The notes under the pieces are model-generated. The model was not told the origin of the DNA. It saw nothing but the letters and a program-made list of their open reading frames with translations, and did no database searches. Below are positions 8,340 through 18,325 of a stretch of 64,000 bases of DNA, piece by piece. Source of the stretch: Clostridia bacterium (GTDB taxonomy: Bacteria; Bacillota; Clostridia; Oscillospirales; CAG-272); assembly GCA_017446155.1 (NCBI GenBank), contig JAFSRI010000053.1, forward strand, positions 78,018 to 142,017, read 5' to 3'. The position numbers were made by a program, and so were the translations under genes. Every line of letters starts with the position of its first letter. Position 1 is the stretch's first letter.

Positions 8340-10811
8340 TCAAATACCTTTTTTAGCTCTATCAATCTTTTCCACGTCTGTAAAGTTATGCGTGGAAACG
8401 TGACCTTTAAGAGGAATGAGTCTGTCATTTACGGCGTCAACGATCGTGTCTGCCTGCGGGAAGAAGAACGGATCGAGTTCTTTGCAAGGAGTGATCCAGT
8501 TTCTCGAACCTACAACTGTGGGCGGAGCGTCGAGATAATCGAACGCGAGTTCCGTTATGTTGGAAGCCATATCGCGCATTACCGAGTTTCTCTCGCAAGC
8601 GTCGCCGGTGATGATTATTCTGCCCGTTTTCTTTACGGATTCGATGACCTTGGAATAATCGAACGGAACGATAGAACGGGCGTCGATAACCTCCGCTTCA
8701 ACACCGTATTTATCGCTGAGTATCTTTGCCGCGTCGAGCGCTCTGTAAAGGGTAGCGCCGATGGAAAGAATTGTTACGTCCTTGCCTTCGCGTTTTACGT
8801 CGGGCTCACCTATCGTTATCTCATACGGAGTTTCGGGAACGCCGCCTTTGTGGAACTGCTCGCCTATGTCGTATATTCTTTGGCTTTCAAAGAATATAAC
8901 GGGGTCTGTGCCGTTGAGAGCTTCCGTCATAAGTCCCTTCGCGTCATAAGGCGTTGCGGGGAATACGACTTTAAGTCCGGGGATGTGGGCGCAGAGCGCG
9001 GTCCAGTCCTGGCTGTGCTGAGCACCGTATTTGTTACCTACGGAAACGCGGAGGATTACGGGCATTTTGAGTATGCCTGCGCTCATCGACTGCCATTTTG
9101 AAAGCTGGTTGAATATTTCATCGCCCGCGCAGCCGATAAAGTCGGCGTACATAAGCTCAACTATCGCGCGGCCGCCTGCCATTGCATAACCGACGGCGGA
9201 ACCGACGATAGCGGATTCCGATATGGGAGCGTTGAAGAAACGGTGATATGGAAGAGCTTCGGTGAGTCCTCTGTAAACGGCAAATGCGCCGCCCCAGTCG
9301 CGGTTGTCCTCGCCGTAAGCGATGAGTGTGGGGTCTTCATAGAATTTGTCGAGGATCGGCTCAAACAAACCGTCGCGCAGACCGTATACCTTCATCTTCG
9401 GGAGCTTTTCGCCCTTCTCGTCATATGCCCAGCGGGATTTGACTTTAAGCGATTTGAGTCTGGGGTTTTCTTCCTTCGGAATAAGAACTTCGGGCTCTCT
9501 TGTTGTGTCCATGCTCGGAACTTTCTTGTTGGAAAGCATGATAGAGGAGATTGCGTCCGGCTCTTTTGTGAGATCCATTCTCGGAGAGATCGTTTCGTCA
9601 ACAGCCATGCGGCAGATCTTCGTCATGCGGCGAACGATCGTGTCGTGAATTTCGTCGAGTTCAGCTTCCGTCGCAATTCCGCCGAGTATAAGTTTTGTTC
9701 TGAAAGCCTTGATCGGATCAGCATTCTTCCATGCTTCGATTTCTTCCGCCGTTCTGTATGTGGAAGAGTCGGAGGGGGAGTGACCTGTCGTTCTGTATGT
9801 GATGACTTCAAGCATCGCCGGGCCTTCACCGCGAAGCAAGCGATCTTTCTGTTTTGTGGTAGCGTCGATGACCGCGAGCGGATCGTAGCCATTGCATGCT
9901 TCGGCGTGCATCTGATCGGGATTGACGCCCGCGCCAACTCTTGCGGCGTGTCCCCAGCCCATCGTTTCGCCTTTGGTCTGACCGCCCATGCCGTAGAAGT
10001 TGTTGAATACGTTGAAGAGTATCGGCATACCGCCGCCCTCGCCCCAAAGTTCTCTTATCTGGTCCATCGAGGACATGTTGAGAGCTTCAAGCACGGGGCC
10101 GCGTCCGAGCGCTCCGTCGCCGCAGTTTGCAACTACGATGCCGGGCTTGTGGTTTGATCTCTTAAACAGTGCGGCGCCGAGTGCGATTGCTGCCGAGCCG
10201 CCGACGATTGCGTTATTGGGGTAAATTCCGAACGGGATGAAGAATGCGTGCATCGAGCCGCCAAGACCGCGGTTGAAGCCTGTTCTTCTCGCGAAGATCT
10301 CCGCGAGCGCGCCGTAAAGGAGGAAGTCTTCGGCCAGGTCTTTTACGTCGCCTTTAACTTCTTCTTTCCCTTCGACAACTTTGAGTATGTTTCCGTCGAG
10401 GAATGTTTTCATTATTTCATAAAGCTCGTCGTTTGAGAGTTTTTTAATAGAGGAAAGACCTTTTGCGATTATTTCACCGTGGCTTCTGTGAGAACCGAAC
10501 GTGAAGTCGTTGTTGTCAAGGCAGTAAGCCTGACCGACGGCTGACGCTTCTTGACCGAGCGAAAGGTGAGCGGGGCCGGGGTTGTTATATTCAACGCCGT
10601 TATAAACGCTCTTCGTTTTTATTTCGTTGAGCATCGTCTCGAATTCTCTGATCGTCGCCATATCGTGATAGATGCGGACGAGGTCCTCTTTTGAATAAAG
10701 TTTCTTTTCGTCGTTGAGCGTAAGGCTGTAACGGCAAACGGGAATATCGTCAAATCTGATATAACCGGGGTCGAACACTCTGTTGGGATCGACATATTGA
10801 CTCTTAGGCAT
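8340..10811 (-). CDS. 2-oxoacid dehydrogenase E1 component, fused alpha+beta subunits (TPP-dependent)
   Basis: 823 aa. The N-terminal half carries the TPP motif GDGALGRGPVLEALN. The C-terminal half is a transketolase-like pyrimidine-binding/C-terminal (E1 beta) region. Confidence 0.85.
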   Translation of the reverse strand: MPKSQYVDPNRVFDPGYIRFDDIPVCRYSLTLNDEKKLYSKEDLVRIYHDMATIREFETMLNEIKTKSVYNGVEYNNPGPAHLSLGQEASAVGQAYCLDNNDFTFGSHRSHGEIIAKGLSSIKKLSNDELYEIMKTFLDGNILKVVEGKEEVKGDVKDLAEDFLLYGALAEIFARRTGFNRGLGGSMHAFFIPFGIYPNNAIVGGSAAIALGAALFKRSNHKPGIVVANCGDGALGRGPVLEALNMSSMDQIRELWGEGGGMPILFNVFNNFYGMGGQTKGETMGWGHAARVGAGVNPDQMHAEACNGYDPLAVIDATTKQKDRLLRGEGPAMLEVITYRTTGHSPSDSSTYRTAEEIEAWKNADPIKAFRTKLILGGIATEAELDEIHDTIVRRMTKICRMAVDETISPRMDLTKEPDAISSIMLSNKKVPSMDTTREPEVLIPKEENPRLKSLKVKSRWAYDEKGEKLPKMKVYGLRDGLFEPILDKFYEDPTLIAYGEDNRDWGGAFAVYRGLTEALPYHRFFNAPISESAIVGSAVGYAMAGGRAIVELMYADFIGCAGDEIFNQLSKWQSMSAGILKMPVILRVSVGNKYGAQHSQDWTALCAHIPGLKVVFPATPYDAKGLMTEALNGTDPVIFFESQRIYDIGEQFHKGGVPETPYEITIGEPDVKREGKDVTILSIGATLYRALDAAKILSDKYGVEAEVIDARSIVPFDYSKVIESVKKTGRIIITGDACERNSVMRDMASNITELAFDYLDAPPTVVGSRNWITPCKELDPFFFPQADTIVDAVNDRLIPLKGHVSTHNFTDVEKIDRAKKGI

Positions 10812-10894
10812 AGTTTATTTCTCTCTTTCTCCGGCGATTTGTTTTGTGCCGTTTTCCGCCGCCGAAACGGAAAGCGGTATATATTTCATTTATT

Positions 10895-12259
10895 TTATGC
10901 TTGGAACATTGCTTCGCGAATAACTTCGCACACCGTGGGATGCGGGAAGACGAGTTTCTTTACGTCGTCAACTCTCATTTGTTTTTCAACCATCATCGCG
11001 GCGCCGTAAATAATCTCCGACGCGTAATTTCCTATCATGTGAACGCCGAGCAGGGTGTTGTGCTCTTTGTCGATAACAAGTTTGACGATACCGTCGCCGC
11101 CTTCGTTTTCGGCAACGTATCTGCCGCTGTATTTCAGCGTTACGGAAACAGTCTTTGCATCAAGTCCTTTTGCTTTGACACTCTCGCTTGTTTCACCTAC
11201 CGAGGCAACCTCGGGATTTGTGTATATCACGGAAGGAATTGAGAGGTAATTTACTTTTTCTTTTTTGCCGAGCATGTTTGCAACGGCAACCTCGCCCTCG
11301 CGGTAAGCTGTGTGTGCAAGCATTGACTTTCCGTTAACGTCGCCGGCTGCCCATACGCCCGGAACGCTTGTGCGGCAACATTCGTCGGTGACGATAGCGC
11401 CGCGCTCGGTCAGCACGCCTATGCTTTCAAGACCGACGCCCTGGGTATGCGCGCGGCGACCGATCGAAACGAGCACCTTGTCGGCTGAAACTGCTTCGAC
11501 TTTGCCGTCTTTTTCATAGCTTACTTTGCCGTCTTTTACTGAAACAACCTTTGCGCCGAGAATGAAATTGACGCCTTTTTTCTGATAGTTTTTGAATAGT
11601 ATTTTTGATATTTCGCCGTCTGTGGGGCCGGCGATGTGGTCAAGCATTTCAACTACCGTAACGTTTGAACCTATCGAGCAGAAGTATGACGCCATTTCAA
11701 GCCCTATAACTCCGCCGCCGATTACGGTAAGATTCTGCGGAACGGTCGTCATGTCGAGAATTTCTCGGTTAGTCATGGCAAATCCGTTTGCAACGGATTC
11801 TCTCAGCCCATCGATCGGGGGAACAACGGCGTCGGAACCGGTGCAAATGAGCAGGCGTGCTGTTTTATATTCTTTGCCCGCCGCCTCAACCGTGAACGCG
11901 CCGTCGGCATCTCTGCCTTTAATTACGGCGAATTCGCGAACGACCTCCGCTCCCGCGCTTTTCAGCTGCATCGCGACGCCGCCGGTGAGCTGTTTTACAA
12001 CTTTGTTCTTGCGGTTTACGACGAAAGCGTGATCAATGGACGAACCCTGGCATTTTACGCCATATGCTTCGCCGTGTTTTGTGTAATCGAAAATTTTTGC
12101 GCTGTAAAGAAGAGTTTTTGTCGGAACGCAACCTTCGTTAAGACATACGCCGCCGAGCTCTCTTCCCTCAAATACCAGGGTTTTGAGCCCCGCATGCGCG
12201 GCACGCTCCGCGGCGTTATATCCGCCGGGGCCGCCGCCGAGAACGATCAGATCATACAT
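10895..12259 (-). CDS. lpdA: dihydrolipoyl dehydrogenase (E3)
   Basis: GGGPGGY FAD motif and redox-active CLNEGCVPTK disulfide. 454 aa. Confidence 0.9.
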   Translation of the reverse strand: MYDLIVLGGGPGGYNAAERAAHAGLKTLVFEGRELGGVCLNEGCVPTKTLLYSAKIFDYTKHGEAYGVKCQGSSIDHAFVVNRKNKVVKQLTGGVAMQLKSAGAEVVREFAVIKGRDADGAFTVEAAGKEYKTARLLICTGSDAVVPPIDGLRESVANGFAMTNREILDMTTVPQNLTVIGGGVIGLEMASYFCSIGSNVTVVEMLDHIAGPTDGEISKILFKNYQKKGVNFILGAKVVSVKDGKVSYEKDGKVEAVSADKVLVSIGRRAHTQGVGLESIGVLTERGAIVTDECCRTSVPGVWAAGDVNGKSMLAHTAYREGEVAVANMLGKKEKVNYLSIPSVIYTNPEVASVGETSESVKAKGLDAKTVSVTLKYSGRYVAENEGGDGIVKLVIDKEHNTLLGVHMIGNYASEIIYGAAMMVEKQMRVDDVKKLVFPHPTVCEVIREAMFQA

Positions 12260-12274
12260 TTTTCATTCCTCCGA

Positions 12275-13615
12275 TCATTTTGTGAGAAGCAGGTCGAAAC
12301 TTTCGAGATTCTTTACGAGATCCGAAAGGAATTTAGCGGCGGGTGCGCCGTCGACCGCTCTGTGGTCTATTGTAAGTGAAAGCGGTATGCACGGGTAGAA
12401 AACGGGTGCGCCGTCTTTTTCTTTAACTCTCTTTGTAAGCGAGCAAACGCCGAGGATCGCCGTCTGCGGGGGATTTATAACGGGGGTGAAACTCTCGATG
12501 CCCGTGGGGCCGATGTTGCTTACCGTAAATGAAGCTCCGCGAAGAACATCCGGGTTGACTTTGCCGCTCTGGCAATCGGTTATGAGAGTTTTCGTCGTCT
12601 TTGCAAGATCGTTTAACGTCAGCTTCTGAGAATCGAATACGGTCGGAACCATAAGGCCGCGGTCGGTATCTACCGCTACGCCGAGGTGAACGCCGTTAAA
12701 GTATCTCATTGTTTCACCGTTGTCGATAAGGTTGGCGTTAAGAGCTTTGTATTTGCCTGTTGCAAGCGTCTTTGCAACGGCGAAAAGGATCATATCGTTG
12801 TATGTGATGTTGGCAAGGCCGAGCGCCTCTCCGTTTGCTTTCAGCTTCGCTCTGAGGGCAACGAGGGCTGACGCGTCAAATGACGTGTTGAGCGTGAGCT
12901 GAGCAAGTTCCGTGAGGGAAGTATGCATTGAACGCGAGATGACTTTTCTTATCTGCGTCATCTTTTCGTCCGTGTAGTCGGAAACCGGCGCGGGTGCCGA
13001 CGTGGGAGCTGTTGTGAATACAGCGGGCGTTTCCGCTTTTTCGGTCGGTTTTTCGATTTTGCCCGCGAGCTGATTTTCGGACACAAGCGCGCTTACGGTA
13101 TGACCGGCGTCAAGCGCCGCCTGAATATCGCGCTCGATTATTCTTCCGTCGGGGCCGGTGGGCGAAACGAACGAAAGGTCTGCGTTCGTCTTTATTACAA
13201 GAGCCCTTGCTCTCGGTGATATTTTGAGTCTTTCACCGGATTTGACCTCGCCCGTTGCTTCCGGGGCGGAAACGACCGTCGTCGTTTTCGGCTCTTCTTG
13301 TTTGCTTTCTTTTTCCGTTTCGGGCTTTTCATTTTTGCTCTCGGCACCTGCGGGAATGAGTGATGAAATGTCCTCACCCTCGGCGCCTATGATGCATACG
13401 GTGTCAAGGCACGGAACTTCGTCGCCTGCTTCGGCGAAAATTTTGAGAAGTGTTCCTTCAACCTCGGCCGCTTCGTCAAAACTCGACTTATCCGTTTCAT
13501 AAGAGAACAGTATGTCGCCTTTTTTGACTGTGTCACCGACGTTCTTTTTCCATTCGGTGATTATGCAGCTTTCGACGCTTTGACCTTGTCTCGGCATGAT
13601 TACAGCATTTGCCAT
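12275..13615 (-). CDS. dihydrolipoamide acyltransferase (E2)
   Basis: One lipoyl domain (ETDKSS), a peripheral-subunit-binding domain and the catalytic DHRAVDGA motif. Confidence 0.9.
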   Translation of the reverse strand: MANAVIMPRQGQSVESCIITEWKKNVGDTVKKGDILFSYETDKSSFDEAAEVEGTLLKIFAEAGDEVPCLDTVCIIGAEGEDISSLIPAGAESKNEKPETEKESKQEEPKTTTVVSAPEATGEVKSGERLKISPRARALVIKTNADLSFVSPTGPDGRIIERDIQAALDAGHTVSALVSENQLAGKIEKPTEKAETPAVFTTAPTSAPAPVSDYTDEKMTQIRKVISRSMHTSLTELAQLTLNTSFDASALVALRAKLKANGEALGLANITYNDMILFAVAKTLATGKYKALNANLIDNGETMRYFNGVHLGVAVDTDRGLMVPTVFDSQKLTLNDLAKTTKTLITDCQSGKVNPDVLRGASFTVSNIGPTGIESFTPVINPPQTAILGVCSLTKRVKEKDGAPVFYPCIPLSLTIDHRAVDGAPAAKFLSDLVKNLESFDLLLTK

Positions 13616-13684
13616 GTTAGTTTTTTCTCCATTTCCGACGGAGCGTTTTCTTTATGCCGCATACTCCGTCTTGCTTTGCGGCTG

Positions 13685-14455
13685 TCATTTTGCATAGATT
13701 ATCTGTGCTCCGGACATTTTTATGAATTTCTCTACTTCATCCGGCAGTGCGGAATCGGTGATAAGGGTTGAAATCTCATCCGGTTTGCAGAACGTATACG
13801 GAAGGTTTTTGCCGAGCTTTCCGCTGTTCATGAGCATTATCACGCGGCGCGCCTTTGATATGACGTATTTTTTCAGTTCACATTCCGAGTAGTTGCCGCA
13901 GGAAAATCCGCATTCAACCGAAAACCCGGATGGCACCACGAATGCGGTGTCTATGTTGATTCCGTCAATAAATTTCATCGCCTGCATTCCCGATACCGAC
14001 AGATTTTCGCGGTTTATCATTCCGCCTACCAAGTTCACTATTGTGCGCTGCTTTTTTGCAAGTTCTATCGCCACGTGCGGACCTGTCGTCGTCACGGTTG
14101 CACGAATGTCCGGCATAGCCGACGCAAGCCGCAGGGCGGTAGTGCCGGAATCGATGAATATCGACGCACCCTCGGCTGTCATTTCAGCTGCGGCGTCAGC
14201 TATTTTCGATTTTTCCCCGGTCGCCTCATACAAGCGTTTTCCAAAGTTATCCTCGGCGGACGATGTGAGAAATTTCATCGATCTCGCGCCGCCGCGAACC
14301 TTTATCAACTCTCCGCGCGCCTCTAACTTATCGATGTCGCGCCTCAGCGTCATGCTTGTGACGGTTGGAAAGCGCTTTTCAAGGTCGCTCAGCGACACAA
14401 ACGGAGATGATTGAAGAATATCGCGGATAGCGTCCAGCCGTTCCTTCTGTGCCAT
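13685..14455 (-). CDS. DeoR family transcriptional regulator
   Basis: N-terminal winged HTH (LSDLEKRFPTVTSMTLRRDIDKLE) plus a DeoR C-terminal sensor domain. Confidence 0.85.
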   Translation of the reverse strand: MAQKERLDAIRDILQSSPFVSLSDLEKRFPTVTSMTLRRDIDKLEARGELIKVRGGARSMKFLTSSAEDNFGKRLYEATGEKSKIADAAAEMTAEGASIFIDSGTTALRLASAMPDIRATVTTTGPHVAIELAKKQRTIVNLVGGMINRENLSVSGMQAMKFIDGINIDTAFVVPSGFSVECGFSCGNYSECELKKYVISKARRVIMLMNSGKLGKNLPYTFCKPDEISTLITDSALPDEVEKFIKMSGAQIIYAK

Positions 14456-14481
14456 ACGTTCCTCCTTTCACAGATGTGTGA

Positions 14482-14504
14482 AAAATGTTACAAAATAACA
14501 TTTT
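14482..14504. promoter_or_regulatory. candidate operator palindrome upstream of the DeoR gene
   Basis: AAAATGTTA(14482-14490), 5 nt, TAACATTTT(14496-14504). A perfect 9-bp inverted repeat 27 nt upstream of the start codon. Confidence 0.4.
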
Positions 14505-14552
14505 CTATGATAAAAAATATCATTTCAAGCATATTATATCACCTATTATGTT

Positions 14553-14566
14553 AAATGTCAACATTT
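14553..14566. promoter_or_regulatory. second related palindrome
   Basis: AAATGT-CA-ACATTT shares the ATGT/ACAT half-site core with 14482-14504. Confidence 0.3.
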
Positions 14567-14639
14567 TACACGTCAGAATACGCCTTAAAATATCCCGAAA
14601 AAATATGTCATATCACGCGTTTTTTTGTTGAATATCATA

Positions 14640-14668
14640 TTGACCTTTAATTATACTTGTGTTATTAT
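14640..14668 (+). promoter_or_regulatory. sigma-70-type promoter of the 14753 CDS
   Basis: TTGACC, 17 nt, TATTAT with TGt extended -10. Confidence 0.5.
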
Positions 14669-14752
14669 ATACAAGGTTGCACGCTGATCGGCAAAGCAAT
14701 ATCAAAGACGTAACTAAAACGGAGAAGGGCTTAAAAAAGCTCTGACATAAAA

Positions 14753-15361
14753 ATGAAAATACTTGAACTGATAACGGGAATACTCGGCGTTACCGTAAGC
14801 GCGATAATTTATCAGCAAAAAGACAGGCGCCGACTGCTCTACTGGAAATTTATCTCAGACATCGTGTGGGGATTGCAGTTTTATTCCACCGGCAAGGAAA
14901 CGGCGGCAATAATGAGCGTCGTCGCAATGTTTCGTGAAATAGTTTACATAATCTATGCAAAAAAAGAAAAGAAAGTCGGCGTGGGCTGGCTTGTCGTATT
15001 CATGACGCTTGCCGCGTCAAGTTCGGCTATCACGTTTGACGGCGGATTTAAATTTGTCGTGCCGGCGTTTCTCAGCGTCGTCGCCGGTTTGGCCTCGGCT
15101 ATTTCAGCGCTCAGTTTCTGGCTTGGCTCGCCGCCAAAATCACGCATTATTGCTTTTCCGTATTCAACCGGAATGATGGTTTATGACATCTTCGGTGGAA
15201 CGGGGCAAGTGGCATGGTTCGGAATACTCAACGAATCGTTCACGCTTATCTCTTCCATTGTGGGAATAATCAGATTTGACCTGAAAAAGAAAGCGAAAAA
15301 ATCCAACGAGATCACCGAAGAAACATTAAAAAAGCTTTCCGATAATCAACAGGCTGAATAA
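14753..15361 (+). CDS. YgjV-like inner membrane protein (tentative)
   Basis: 202 aa with 5-6 TM helices and a charged C-terminal tail. Confidence 0.5.
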   Translation: MKILELITGILGVTVSAIIYQQKDRRRLLYWKFISDIVWGLQFYSTGKETAAIMSVVAMFREIVYIIYAKKEKKVGVGWLVVFMTLAASSSAITFDGGFKFVVPAFLSVVAGLASAISALSFWLGSPPKSRIIAFPYSTGMMVYDIFGGTGQVAWFGILNESFTLISSIVGIIRFDLKKKAKKSNEITEETLKKLSDNQQAE

Positions 15362-15365
15362 TAAA

Positions 15366-15388
15366 AGGCAGGGAACACCTGCCTTTTT
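15366..15388 (+). terminator. intrinsic terminator
   Basis: AGGCAGG-GAACA-CCTGCCT followed by TTTTT. Confidence 0.75.
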
Positions 15389-15590
15389 GTTATTTGTCTG
15401 TGGACTTTCGCCATTTTGAAAAGCAGATAAAGCAAACAAAAACGGTTACGGATAGTTTAATATCATTTTTTTCTACAATTTTTTTCGGGTGATTTATCAC
15501 TTGCACGGCGAATAATCAGCAAAAAAATGCCTGAAAAACTGCGGCTGAAATTACAGCGCTGTTATACTGCACGATATAACGGGCTGAAAT

Positions 15591-15630
15591 AAAAAAATCC
15601 GAAAGTAAATGCTTTCGGATTTTGTTTTTT
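15591..15630. terminator. bidirectional intrinsic terminator (serves asnA on the minus strand)
   Basis: ATCCGAAAG(15597-15605)/CTTTCGGAT(15612-15620), 9 bp perfect, with an A-run before and a T-run after. Confidence 0.7.
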
Positions 15631-15742
15631 AAAGCAATATAACGCCGGCTTCGTCACAAATTCGATGAGTTTCTTTATCCCATACGGATGATTGAACTTC
15701 GCCTATATGTGCTTTGGCGAGCAAGAGCATCGACAGGCGCGA

Positions 15743-16636
15743 CTACCCTATTCCTCCGCCGATCGTGTACGGCAGCTTGCCTTCGAGCAGCATCTTGTGG
15801 AAAGGCAGCGCGCGGCGGTCGTCTGCATTAGCTTCGCTCAACTGTCTGTCAAGCGACTCGGGGCTTACTCTTATACCCATCGACGACACCTCGAACGCGC
15901 AGTCAAGCACGTCGTTGTAATAAAGAATATCTCCGTTAAGCTCCCAATCGTCATAGTCGGGGGCTCTGCCGTCATGAACTTTGCCCGACGGAAGTTTTTT
16001 TCCTATCTGCATCACAAACACCGCGCGGTGCTCTCTTGTGAAAATGTTTTCTCTCTCTTTCGGAGTTTTGTCGGGGAACATCGTTTCAAGCTCGGATGAA
16101 GTTATGAACGTAATGTTTTTTTCTATGTTGCTCGGCAACTGCGGAAAGTATTTTTTAAGCTCCCGTTGAGTTTCATATATCGCAGCGGTAATTGATTTAA
16201 CCGTGGTTTTTAAATATTCGGTCGTGCGGTCTGAAATCGAGATGACTTTTTCCCAGTCCCACTGGTCAACGTAAATCGAATGTAGGTTGTCGAGTTCTTC
16301 ATCGCGGCGTATTGCATTCATATCGGTGAACAGCCCCTCGCCTTCGGGAAAACCGTAGCGGTAAAGTGCCATTCTCTTCCATTTTGCAAGTGAGTGCACA
16401 ACGACGGCGTCCGTGCCCGTTTCTTTTATATCAAACTTCACGGGACGTTCCACACCGTTGAGGTCGTCGTTGAGTCCCGATTGCGGCTCGACGAAAAGCG
16501 GAGCCGAAACGCGGCGAATATTGAGTGCGTTTCCGAGTTTTTCCTCGAATATGCTGTGTATAAGGCCTATTGCCTTTTGCGTGTCGTAAATGCCGAGGAC
16601 GCTTTTGTATCCATCGGGAATGAACGTTTTACTCAT
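15743..16636 (-). CDS. asnA: aspartate--ammonia ligase (asparagine synthetase A)
   Basis: Full-length AsnA-like sequence (RVSAPLFV...NDDLNG...). The ATG at 16636 has a CGGAGG RBS. The track N-terminal extension runs over the promoter. Confidence 0.85.
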   Translation of the reverse strand: MSKTFIPDGYKSVLGIYDTQKAIGLIHSIFEEKLGNALNIRRVSAPLFVEPQSGLNDDLNGVERPVKFDIKETGTDAVVVHSLAKWKRMALYRYGFPEGEGLFTDMNAIRRDEELDNLHSIYVDQWDWEKVISISDRTTEYLKTTVKSITAAIYETQRELKKYFPQLPSNIEKNITFITSSELETMFPDKTPKERENIFTREHRAVFVMQIGKKLPSGKVHDGRAPDYDDWELNGDILYYNDVLDCAFEVSSMGIRVSPESLDRQLSEANADDRRALPFHKMLLEGKLPYTIGGGIG

Positions 16637-16669
16637 TTGACAAACCTCCGGTAAGAAAAATAATGAAAA

Positions 16670-16698
16670 AAATATATCACATAAAGCCTTTTTTGTCA
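16670..16698 (-). promoter_or_regulatory. sigma-70-type promoter of asnA
   Basis: Minus strand: TTGACA(16698-16693), 17 nt, TATATT(16675-16670) with TGa extended -10. Confidence 0.55.
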
Positions 16699-16807
16699 AG
16701 ATGAAAATAACAAAAAACTCTCTTGTTCTCCACTTTTTGTCCGGCGCGTCGCCGCGTTAACGGCAAGCCTTACAAATCGTGCATTTTTTCAAGAGAGTTT
16801 TATTTTT

Positions 16808-17548
16808 TCAGCTTTCGAGATAGCGCGAAAGGAACTCGCGTGTTCTGTCTGCTTTCGGCGCCGTGAATATCTGCCGCGGGTCGCCTTCTTCTACGATATA
16901 GCCATTGTCCATGAATATCACTCTGTCGGAAACGTCCTTCGCAAAGCCCATCTCATGCGTTACGACTATCATCGTCATTCCGCTCGCCGCCAAACCCTTC
17001 ATTACTTCGAGCACGCCGCCCACCATTTCCGGGTCGAGGGCGGAGGTCGGCTCGTCAAAGAGTATAACGTCCGGTTCCATGCAAAGCGTTCTCGCAATGG
17101 CGACGCGCTGTTTTTGACCGCCCGAAAGCTGTGACGGTTTTGCGTTGATAAAGTCTTTCATACCGACTTTATCGAGATAAAACATGGCGTTTTCGACCGC
17201 CTTTTCGCGTGAGCGTTTTAGCACTATTTGTTGCGGACGCACGCAGTTTTGCAGGGCGTTCATGTTGCCGAACAGGTTGAACTGCTGAAACACCATGCCC
17301 ACCTTTGAGCGATACGCCGACACGGGCATATCGTGCGCCAGTATGTCGTTGCCTTTATAAAGAATAGTGCCTGCCGTCGGTTCTTCGAGCAGGTTGATGC
17401 ATCTGAGCATCGTGCTTTTGCCAGAACCGGACGAGCCGATTACGCTTATTACTTCGCCGCGACTTACGGTGAGGTTTATATCTTTTAACACCTCATGGTC
17501 GCCGAACGATTTTTCAAGGTGGATAAGCTCAATTATTTTTTCGGCCAT
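16808..17548 (-). CDS. amino-acid ABC transporter ATP-binding protein
   Basis: Walker [10 protein letters not shown], signature [13 protein letters not shown], Walker [12 protein letters not shown]. Confidence 0.9.
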   Translation of the reverse strand: MAEKIIELIHLEKSFGDHEVLKDINLTVSRGEVISVIGSSGSGKSTMLRCINLLEEPTAGTILYKGNDILAHDMPVSAYRSKVGMVFQQFNLFGNMNALQNCVRPQQIVLKRSREKAVENAMFYLDKVGMKDFINAKPSQLSGGQKQRVAIARTLCMEPDVILFDEPTSALDPEMVGGVLEVMKGLAASGMTMIVVTHEMGFAKDVSDRVIFMDNGYIVEEGDPRQIFTAPKADRTREFLSRYLES

Positions 17549-17551
17549 TTC

Positions 17552-18316
17552 TTAACCCTCCTCGTGAACGTGTATTTCGGCGGCAGGGTCTGATTGCGAG
17601 CCGCAAATCGTGTAGTTTTTGCTTCCGCTCAGTTTTTTCTCGATGAGTCTGAGAATGCGCGTGACGGTAAACGTGAGAATGAAATATATCACGCATATTA
17701 CGGCATACGTCTGGAAAATCTTGAAGTTCATCGAATAAATAGCTCCGCCGTAGTAATAAAGCTCGGTTACGCCTATTACGTTGAGCACGGATGTGTCTTT
17801 TATGTTTATGACAAACTCGTTTGCAATAGACGGCAGTATGTTTTTCATCACCTGCGGAATGATAACCTGTATCATCGCCTGCCAGTGATTCATGCCTATG
17901 GCGTAAGCGCCCTCAAACTGACCTTTGTCGATAGATATTATCCCACCGCGGACGATCTCCGTCATATATGCGCCTGTGTTTATCGACACGATGAATATTC
18001 CCGCGGGTATAAGGGGCAGGGTAAGACCGCCGTTGATAAACGCATATCCCCAGAAGATCACCATCGCCTGAACCATCATCGGTGTTCCGCGGAATATTTC
18101 CACATATACCGAAATTACGGCGTTTATTATTTTCTGTATTACGCGCACCGGCGCTTTTTTAGATTCGGGTATCGTGCGAATTATACCGGCGAGGAGTCCT
18201 ATAACAAGCCCGAACAGTGTGCCCGTCAGCGCTATCAGCATCGTATATCCGACGCCTTCGAGCAACACCGTGTAATATGTTTTTATAATGTCGATTACGT
18301 CTTGAAAAAAGTTCAT
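17552..18316 (-). CDS. amino-acid ABC transporter permease (HisM/GlnP type)
   Basis: 254 aa with 5-6 TM helices. Sits tightly between the SBP and ATPase genes. Confidence 0.85.
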   Translation of the reverse strand: MNFFQDVIDIIKTYYTVLLEGVGYTMLIALTGTLFGLVIGLLAGIIRTIPESKKAPVRVIQKIINAVISVYVEIFRGTPMMVQAMVIFWGYAFINGGLTLPLIPAGIFIVSINTGAYMTEIVRGGIISIDKGQFEGAYAIGMNHWQAMIQVIIPQVMKNILPSIANEFVINIKDTSVLNVIGVTELYYYGGAIYSMNFKIFQTYAVICVIYFILTFTVTRILRLIEKKLSGSKNYTICGSQSDPAAEIHVHEEG

Positions 18317-18325
18317 ATTTTGTCC

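Noticed and set aside
15389-15590. Possible small RNA between the ygjV terminator and the second terminator (15591-15630), with an extended -10-like TGTTATACT at about 15560.
   Set aside because: There is no convincing -35 and no conserved structure visible. The second terminator is adequately explained as the asnA terminator on the other strand.
15743-16699. N-terminal extensions of track ORFs: asnA to 16699, ftsW to 32003, murE to 35929, ftsL to 39112, mraZ to 40354, ptsH to 44122, rpsU to 50657, the CarD-like gene from 57812 and the membrane protein to 24027.
   Set aside because: In each case an internal ATG is preceded by a good GGAGG-type RBS at 6-10 nt. The extension runs through a promoter, the upstream gene or a hydrophobic nonsense stretch. 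Starts were moved accordingly.
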